From: Eledone cirrhosa | Lineage: Eukaryota | Length of the DNA: 64,000 bases | Direction: 5' to 3' | Assembly (NCBI GenBank): GCA_964016885.1 | Contig: OZ024743.1 | Location: 156,674,001-156,738,000 of the forward strand | In this document: positions 54,846 through 64,000 of the stretch, in pieces | Position numbering within the stretch: the first letter of the stretch is position 1 | Layout of the letters: each line of letters begins with the position of its first letter | The notes under the pieces: generated by a model | Database searches by the model: none | Seen by the model: the letters and a program-made list of their open reading frames with translations, nothing else | What the model was told of the DNA's origin: nothing | Made by a program: the position numbers and the translations under genes

Positions 54846-55169
54846 TATATAATAATGAGGAAATCAGTATGCTTGAATCTTGCATCATTTTATCGATTAC
54901 CATATTACTGATATATTTATTTCTGTCGTAACTCTTATGTAATGGATATGAACACATCAGGCAACTATTTTGTAGCCTTCAGTTTAACATGCTATATCCC
55001 GTTTGATGTTGCTCCTCGAACGCTCTGCGTACATATGGATTTGATATACGACACGTTAACTACCATCACTTAGCGTAACATGTTCATTCAATCTTATTGT
55101 TTGATTTTTCCTTATCTGTGTGACCATTCCCTTTTTGAACATATAACGTATATATATATATATATATAT

Positions 55170-55358
55170 ATAACGAAGGAAATGTGGTAAGGAACCAGGT
55201 GGACCATAACGCACCAAAGTACTCAATACTTGAGGTAGTAGAGTGGGTAATAGGAACCAGTAAGACCCCGACAGCTGAGCTCAAGCCGTTTCGATGGCTA
55301 ATTCTGGAATTAGCCGTCGAAACGGCTTGAGCTCAGCTGTCGGGGTCTTACTGGTTCC

Positions 55359-55361
<3 letters not shown>
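55170..55361. mobile_element. Small fold-back element: 112-bp palindrome 55250-55361 plus tail 55170-55249, between (AT)n tracts
   Basis: 55-bp arms, 2-nt loop (55305-55306), one mismatch. The tail end is homologous (reverse complement) to 8165-8198. Confidence 0.8.
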
Positions 55362-55401
<40 letters not shown>

Positions 55402-56103
55402 TGTGTGTGTGTGTGTGTCCGTGTCTTTTTGTATAAAGTAGAATATATATATATATCATATATTATATATATATCTGTGTTTAAATTCGAAGCAATCGTA
55501 AATTGTCCACCTATTTCTTAATCTTCACCATAGTCCGCAATATGTGGTTTTTCTACACTAATATTATAGTGAAGTTTAAAAGATGTTTCTCATATTTTTA
55601 ACAATTTCAGAGATCACTGCAAACTGGTTTGCAAACCATATTTTTTTAAAATTATAACTTCCTTACATCATCGTATTCATAGGATGCAAGTTTCTCAAAT
55701 ATGATATAACCACATGAATATGACACCACTACAGCAAATCGAATACACAAAATGAAAAGTATAGTAAAAAAATATTTCTATTTCTAACTCACTATGCTCT
55801 TAGTGTATCATATTTTTTTTCCTTTTGCTCTCCTATTTTGTCTGATCAGTAAATGAATAAAAAGTATCAAGTGTAGAGTTTAGAAAAATAACAAGCTATG
55901 ACAACCTAAACAAAGAACTGAGATATTGCTGGGAGGTCTAAAAAGTGAAACCATACAAGGGAAATTAAGTTTCTTGGTCAGAACATTTAAGTGATATCGA
56001 TTATGCAGTCCATTCACATAGATGAGTTAATATAATTTTACATTTGACATAAGGAAAACAAGGAGATATATGCACACATACACACACAATTATACATGCA
56101 TGC

Positions 56104-56230
<127 letters not shown>

Positions 56231-57536
56231 TACCGTTAGCATACTATTGATTTGAACTGAATCTGAAGTTTTTTGTGAGGCGGTCAGAGATAGGAGATCA
56301 TTGAACACGAAATAGAGAAACGTATATAATATGAAATGAACTCTGTGTAAAACGAAAAACCGTTTGTATATTATTGATCAAAGAATGTCAATACAATAAA
56401 CAATCGAAATTCTGATTCGGGTTTAATGTTTTGGAAATATATTCTTATTTCTGCGTTTGGTGATTTAATGAAAACCTAATATGTACTTATTTGTATCAAA
56501 ATTAACGCCTATTCGATTAAAACCTAAGAAATACATAACATATTACATAAGAGGGCAGACCGATCATATCCAGCTCAACAGAGGCAATTTATAATTGTAT
56601 AAGCCGTAGAAGAAGGAAAGGTAGAATTCACTCTGGTGGGAATTTGAACTGAGAATGTAATTCAATTTTAAGTCAACAATTCTCTATATTTTATCCAACA
56701 ATAGATGTATTTTGCCAGGTTGGCGACCTATAATATTGGTGTTGATGTTGATTTCTAATTTAGCCAAAAGGCCAACAAATTTGAAAGGGATGGAAAAGTT
56801 GAACTCAAATATTTGTCTTGCACGGAAAGATGAAAGTCAACGATGACCTTCGCCTGAGTTGAAAATAGTATGTTAAATCCCAGGATGATTATCGCAACGG
56901 TATTAAATCCGATACCCTACCATTTCTACCAATCCAGCGCTCCTGCTTTTAATGTTGCACGCATTGTTACTCCACGTGCGTGTTCGTTGTAAAATTGAGT
57001 CCGAAGTATTCCAACATCCCCTTCAATTATATATAAAACATCCTTACCGAAGGCACCAATCAAAAACACCTATGCAGCTATATTTTAATAATTATCTTTA
57101 CGTATATTTCCATCAGATCATTATTATAAAGTATAGTTCAATATAGAGTTAAAGACGTTTACATAATATTTTTCTTTCATTCATAGGCAACACTAAATTG
57201 CAACTAGGTTAGGATCTCACTAGTAATTTAGTTCATACGTTAAGGCAGGTATGAGAAAATACTTAGGCGTGAAGGCCGCACTGAAATGTTTGAAATCTCA
57301 TGAGGCCACATATTGAAAAACATCTATAGTCTCGCTATGCCTGAGATATTTTACCCTCTTCTCTACTATAACAAAGAAGGGCGCTTTATTGTATCTCTGC
57401 GATATTAATAAAATCAATATTGTAATTAACTATGGAAATCATCAGCAACATTGTAGGAAATTACCTGTCGTGCTTCATGTACTTATTATTCAGATTTTCA
57501 TTCATCAAAGGCAAGACATATATATATATAAGGCAA

Positions 57537-57606
<70 letters not shown>

Positions 57607-57795
57607 TACGAATATGTAAACAAAATGGGTTTTTACAACAATGTACTCGGACATTTTCAATTAAAAAATTTCTCGGCGGGTTTGACGACTATGCTCTCTG
57701 TTGGTTACATCAATCTGGTTTCTTAGCATCAATCTTCAGAACATTTTTTTAATTTATTTGTTTAATTTTATTTTATTTATTTTTTTTTTTTTATG

Positions 57796-58183
57796 TGGAT
57801 TGGCAGTATCGGTAGAGGGTCGGACGCCATGCTTTGAAGCATAGAGTTACCTCCCTGTATGATCCGAGCTCAAATACCGCCGAGGTTAACTTTGCCTTTC
57901 ATCCTTACGGGGTCGATAAAATAAAGTACCAGTACTGCACTGGGTAATTGCTGGCCTTGTGCCAAAAAGTAGAAACAATTATTTTTATCCACCAGGGCGG
58001 TGGATTGGCAGTATCGGTAGAGGGTCGGACGCTATGCTTTGCAGCAAATATTTACGGCCCTTTATTGTCTGAGTTCAATCCCGCCGAGGTTAACTTTGCC
58101 TTTCACCCTTACGGGGTCGATAAAATAAAGTGCCAGTAATGTACTGGCTAATTGCTAGCCTTGTGATGAAAGTAGAAACAATT
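57796..58183 (+). mobile_element. Two tandem SINE copies (57796-57980, 57995-58183)
   Basis: Both carry the GGATTGGCAGTATCGGTAGAGGGTCGGACGC head, the central domain and the GTAGAAACAATT tail. Confidence 0.88.
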
Positions 58184-60025
58184 ATTTTTATTCGTCCCTA
58201 GTTATCTGGAGAACCCGGGTGGAGCGGTAGAAGAATTGATACAATTTAATCTCTCCTCTCTTATTATAAGCTTCTCTATAATTTAGTGACTACGTCAATG
58301 TTGCTTTTTTGATATATAATGTAGATAGATGCTCTGGAAACTAAGTAAAGCAATCTTAGTTTTTTTTTAATTCATTTAAACTAGATATGTAAGCACCGAG
58401 ATTAAACAACTCAACTGTTAGTCGATGCTGAGTTTTTATATCCATGAGAATTACAGGAACAGAAATGATTGGTCTCAAATATAGCATATATGCATGATAG
58501 CTGTGTTTGCATGTGTGTATACATGTGCTGGTGAGTAGCCAATAGAGTGTGTTATTTGTGTTTGTATACATTCGGACTTTGTGCTAATGTACATACAACA
58601 ATCACACATGTACACAGATATCAAATGTATACGCACATATTTTAGTAATCGAAGTTTTGAATTGTCCCCGCGGCAAACGATTCATCGAGGAATGTCACTG
58701 CAATCTATAGTGTTCTTGACAACATTTGGATTTAACGCACACACTTCTTACTAAATTAGTAAGGCCCAGCATTCGGACATGCACCCCAAAGCTTATGTAT
58801 GGGTAGAGCCAGATTTGAAGACACATTGGAAACAATTAACTTACTCGATAACTCAACCCTCAAGATATAGCAGTCAAGTCATCTATATAGAAGATTCTCT
58901 ATTGTTTTAATATTGGAAGTGCATATTGGATAACGTGATTCTAGATGTGTGGTACATACATCAAAAGCTTTCAATCATTTGATCATAGCTCTGCTCAATG
59001 AGAATTGGCCTGAAGTGAAATTGAAACACCAAAAGCCCAAACCACCATATATCTATTTGCCATACATATTTTAAAACGTACACATGTATACTTACATATA
59101 TCAAACGAAATTGTAAAATATCAGGCATATACATGGATATGAATTACATAAATACACACCTCAGCAACGAAAACCGCATAAATACGTGTTGCAAAATAAA
59201 CATTCACAGACAAACCTGTAGAGACAATTCAAACAAATCCTCTCATACGAACATAGACTAACGCTACACATTCACACAGACAAAATTAGATGCTGATATA
59301 CAATACAGACTTAAAATAAACAATATATAGATTCATAAAAATAGATACCCACAAAACTTCTAACACATGCACTCCTGATGTTCAATCAAACGAATAAAAA
59401 TAAATTTAGTAATTATTTTAAATTAAATTTCTCTGGGCCTCATTAATAATTGATTAAATATTTTCCACTTTAACATTTGTAGACAAACGTCTGTTTTTTA
59501 TTATGGAAGCTTTTTATACATTTTGTTTTTTATTGAAATTTATAGTAAATTAATACGTAGAAAAAACAAGCCAATAGGACAAATATAACATCGAAATATG
59601 TTTTCCATGTACAACAAATGTTAATGATATTTTCATATCTAAATATATTAAGTCTTATTATTTCGTTAGAAAAGGAAACAATAATAGTTTTAGAAGTCTG
59701 AAATTGCTCGTATATTTCGATTAATTGAAGTATAACAAACGAAAAATAGGGAAATGTTTAATTCCTCTGAAAGTGGCGTATTTTAAGTTATCCCAAACTA
59801 TTGATTTTAATAAGGAAATTAACGTTGAAAGACAATGCTTTTGTACCTTTATTAAAATTAGTTTCTCAACATTAATTTTGTCGATGAATATGTGGAGGAA
59901 AAGAGTCAACAATTCCGAAGAAATTCTTATTGATTGACTATGAAAAAATATTAAAAAAATTAAAGTACATTCAAAATACACAACTTCCCCAACGGTTTTA
60001 ATAATACGGTTGTTTATATATGTAT

Positions 60026-60092
<67 letters not shown>

Positions 60093-60097
<5 letters not shown>

Positions 60098-60412
60098 ATA
60101 TTAAATAAATGGAAACTATATTTATAAAACCATATTTATTTTATTATATATATTTCAAGAGTACCAAAAGACATTGGTACGCTTTCTTCAGATAACATAC
60201 AAAATTTGTTTCATAAATAGAGACAATAGAGATAACATACAAAATTTGTTTCATAAATAGAGACATACCCAGGAAAATCATACCTTAACAGTTGGATATC
60301 CAAAGGTATGATTTTCCAGGGTATGTCTCTATTTATAAAACAAATTTTGTATTTTATCTGAAGAAAGCGTACCAAATTATTTTGGTACCCTTGAAATATA
60401 TATAATTATTAT
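60093..60412. mobile_element. Family F fold-back HHR element with HHRs at 60137-60199 (-) and 60350-60412 (+)
   Basis: Inverted arms around ~60283-60302 and a 40-bp duplication in the left arm. Plus HHR: TATTTTAT-CTGAAGA-AAG C GTACCAA..TTGGTAC C CTT-GAAATATATATA. Confidence 0.85.
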
Positions 60413-60833
60413 TTTTATTTTTATTCCTATTATGCTTATTTATATTTAAACTCTTAATAAGGTTTAATTTGTGCTGTTAATGATGGAAATGTGTATTGAT
60501 GTATATATATATGTGCGTACGTGTGCGTATATATATACATATGTATATTGTGCCTCTTAATTTTAATTTTATTATTGTTACAAGTATATTATATTATATT
60601 ATATTGTATTACATATAGTACTATAATTCCCGCTCTATATAACCACCTTTGTTAAGCTCTAGTTTTTTTTGCTTTGGACTATATTTGTAATATGGTTCAA
60701 AATGTTATCCACCTCCTTAGTGATTTTTATTATATATGTTTACCCATAATCTTCCAATACTTTAGTGTATGTACACTCCATATTCTTCGGAGTTTTCGGC
60801 TTGTATTGGCCGATAGTACTTCTTGTGGTTTTG

Positions 60834-60878
60834 ATTGCCCTGATGAGTCCTTAATAGGACGAAACATTGTTGGCTAAT
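60834..60878 (+). ncRNA. Minimal type I hammerhead ribozyme, family J
   Basis: GCC-CTGATGA-GTCCT TAAT AGGAC-GAAAC ATT GTT^GGC. Fully canonical core with G10.1-C11.1. AATAAA follows at 60876 and (AT)n ~45 bp later. Confidence 0.85.
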
Positions 60879-60919
60879 AAAGACTTTTGATGAATTGAAG
60901 GCTTCTTTGTTTTATTTTC

Positions 60920-60971
<52 letters not shown>

Positions 60972-60977
60972 CATATA

Positions 60978-61053
<76 letters not shown>

Positions 61054-62099
61054 AAGGGACTGAAAAGACAAAACCAACGCCAAAAAGCGGACGCACCTTC
61101 TCTTCGGATAACTTCTATAAAACTGTATACATCTGGTGCATTAAAATTAAACCATTCATTCTAGTGCACACCGGATATTAAAGCGCAATATAGGCCGACA
61201 TAGAAAAAAATGTGTCTTTCGACGAATTACGCAAATAAATCAAAACTAAACATATGCTACCAGTCTGTATGCTTCAATTGAAAAATAATTTTCTGTAAAA
61301 CGCTACAATCACATCGTATATGCAGTTATACAATAGGCCTTGATTCTGATATATAGCATCGATTGCATTACATAATACGAGTAATATTTGTACACTGTTA
61401 TACTTGGGTCAGTTGAGTTCTGTATATGTGTTTTTGTGCATGCAGTCTTGTTCATTATTTACAGAATACTTGAAAGCGTGAACATGTAGTTGCCTTGTAA
61501 TTAAACTAGCAAGAATTGTGACACAAGCTCTAAGGCGATTTAACTCTTTGCTGGCTTACATATTTGTAATAATTTTTTTGTCAGAATATTCTAGTGTCAA
61601 ATATCAAAAGAATAATAGGAATGAAAGATAATGATAAAGTGCAAAAGTAAGAAAGGGAGGAGAGGAAGACAGAGAGGAAGAAAGAAAGAAAGAGTAAAAG
61701 GCTCGCAGTCAGAGAGATATGGAACGTAAACATAAATATTTTTTTTGTTGAAAACTTTATCAATCTAGCGAAATCTGATTTGGATTAATTCAGTGTATTT
61801 GCATAAGATTAATTGTATTCAAAAGGGTTCTTTGAAGCAGATCTGGAGCCGTTTAAATCTCAAAAGGTATGAATTTCTTGTGATTTTATTAGGAAATTAT
61901 TTGTATTTATGAATGATGAGTAACCAGCTGATTATTAATTGAAAATATAAAACAATTTGCGCAAGTCTAGAAAGTGATCACAAATCCAAATTTAAAATGT
62001 TTCGAAATCTCGAATTCTAATAGGATCTGTATATTTCATTTCATTATGAATATACAAAAGACAAAAGAGAAACAGGGAGATACAGAGAGAGAAAGACAA

Positions 62100-62164
<65 letters not shown>

Positions 62165-62687
62165 GAGAGAGAGAGAGAGTTACTGCTCCACTGAATTGTA
62201 AGTGAAATTAATTGAAGGGAGTTAAGGGATAAGAGGTTAATGGAAATTTTATGAGATAATTTTACAATTAGCATGCCATGCATAACATGGATTGAGAAAT
62301 AAATCTATTGACATGTATGTGACTGAAACATAAATATATATATTATTTTATTAAATGATAATTTATATATCATGCGTTGGCCTTTATCTCATCGTCTTCT
62401 TCCGCGTATTTTTCATATGTTCGATTATGTTATCATGGACCTTAACGGCGAGACAGTGTAGCTTCCTACGACTTACTCCTAACAATAGAATTACGAATTA
62501 CCACACTATGGACATCAAGACATGATATTTGAATTTGACTATATCTATTTGGTTGTAGCTACTTTATTTCAATGTAGTACGATTTAATGCAAAACTGATG
62601 GACGAAATAAAAACATTGATTCACAAAGTAGTATTTGTATATTGTAAACGATGTAAATTATCTGAAGTCCATTGACAAATTTCATTA

Positions 62688-63800
62688 TCTCTATATATAA
62701 AACAGATGTATGTCTGTCTGTGAAACCGCATGCATTTCTACATTTTACAACCGATTTGCACCAAATTCCATACATTATCTATTGAAGTTCACATTAAAAC
62801 TGTATTAGTACCTAATAACTTTTCAAGCTTACGTTCGATTTAAACTTTACCGGACACATTGGTTACCCATTGACTAAAGATTATGTTGAAAACACCTGGA
62901 ACAAGCAAGGGGACCCCAGGGGGCAGTAATCCCCGGCGAGTCATTTATTGAATTTGGCTATTGTAATGTAACAAACCGTCATAGCTTCGATAATTGGTAG
63001 TCCAGTAAAACGAACTTTGACTTAGTTGTTATTCATGTACTACAGATGAAGATACAGTGAGGCACATTTACTTTCATTTCAATTCTGCAAGAGGACCCTC
63101 CTCAGGGACAATGAGCCCAATTCATTAACCTATAAAAGTTCAAAGTGCCACAATAAAAAGCACTATAACCTCAGGAGTTTATACTTGATTCTTCCAAATA
63201 CTAAACAAAATGGTTTTGCGTGCCATAAGATAAAGCACCACACATTCGTTATCACTTGAATTTTGAAAGGGAACCCCCTAGGGGGGGGGGCGGTGAGCCC
63301 CTTTGGACCACTTTTAAAGTTCATATTATGGTTGCGGCAAAGCATTTCAACTTCTGGAAATAAAAATCAATGTAAATGAAAGTTGACGCATCGGTTACTC
63401 ATGCCCTACAAATAGAGTAGCGAATTTTTAAATCCCACTGACTTAACTTTAGTTTGTTTAGTTAACTTTAGGATGATTGAATTTAATTTTGCACACGGTT
63501 GTCTCCCACGTGTAATTGCACCACAATTAAGTACAGAATGGGGAGTTACATTTTTTTCCTTGAACTTTGGCGTCATTTCACACTCCTAACCAAGAAATCA
63601 CGATTTAACCCAGGTGTAAATGTTAACGCCTACTGTATGTGGATCGTGGTATTTCACACTCATGCCTAAACTGTGCGAATGATTGATTAGTTTTTGCACC
63701 TGGTTGTCTCCCCCGTTTAATCGCACCTCAATTAAGTGCGAAATGGCGACTTCTGTCCAACCACACATCAGTGAGTTGTGTTCAGTAGATTTTATCACAC
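62688..63800 (+). mobile_element. Probable non-autonomous Helitron; 5' end seen, 3' end not located
   Basis: A|TCTCTATATATAAAA, (GTCT)n and ..AACCGATTT..CAAA.T resemble the 12699 element. Internal ~55-bp repeat at 63487 and 63691. The right boundary is a guess. Confidence 0.5.
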
Positions 63801-64000
63801 TTATTTGTATTATCTAACCTATCAGACAACTCGAGTGTTGTTCATTGAGCGAAATCACTCCTATTTATATCGGTGAAGTCCGACCTAGGATCACACTTCT
63901 TTTTTGGCTTTTGACAAGTGGTAGGTTTTTTTACATAAGTACTCTCATAAGCTACGCCATGTTTCTGAAATGTATGCTTCTTCAACATTTTTCACCTTAA

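Overview
AT-rich, microsatellite-dense eukaryotic DNA. The (AT)n/(CA)n load, the SINE family and the LINE types point to an octopus or other coleoid genome; this is an inference, not verified. No host gene can be called with confidence; there is one candidate + strand exon at 26755-26856. The window is mostly transposon debris: R4/Dong-like RLE LINEs, two Tx1/L1-like LINEs, RTE LINE fragments, an internally deleted Gypsy LTR element, non-autonomous Helitrons and about ten copies of one tRNA-derived SINE. The outstanding signal is invisible in the ORF track. By hand I count about 27 type I hammerhead ribozyme (HHR) motifs in about 10 sequence families, nearly all with a short, usually palindromic stem III and nearly all in elements bounded by (AT)n. 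They occur in three architectures: (i) Penelope-like elements (PLEs) with GIY-YIG remnants and inverted pseudo-LTRs (pLTRs); (ii) non-coding tandem arrays of 460-590 bp units with one HHR per unit (retrozyme-like, potentially making circular RNA); (iii) short non-coding fold-back palindromes. Several families have unusual cores (U3-A8 or U3-G8, C at position 4) or stem II domains of 55-105 nt, and one family shows compensatory stem covariation. All folds and coordinates were derived by eye, so element boundaries are approximate.
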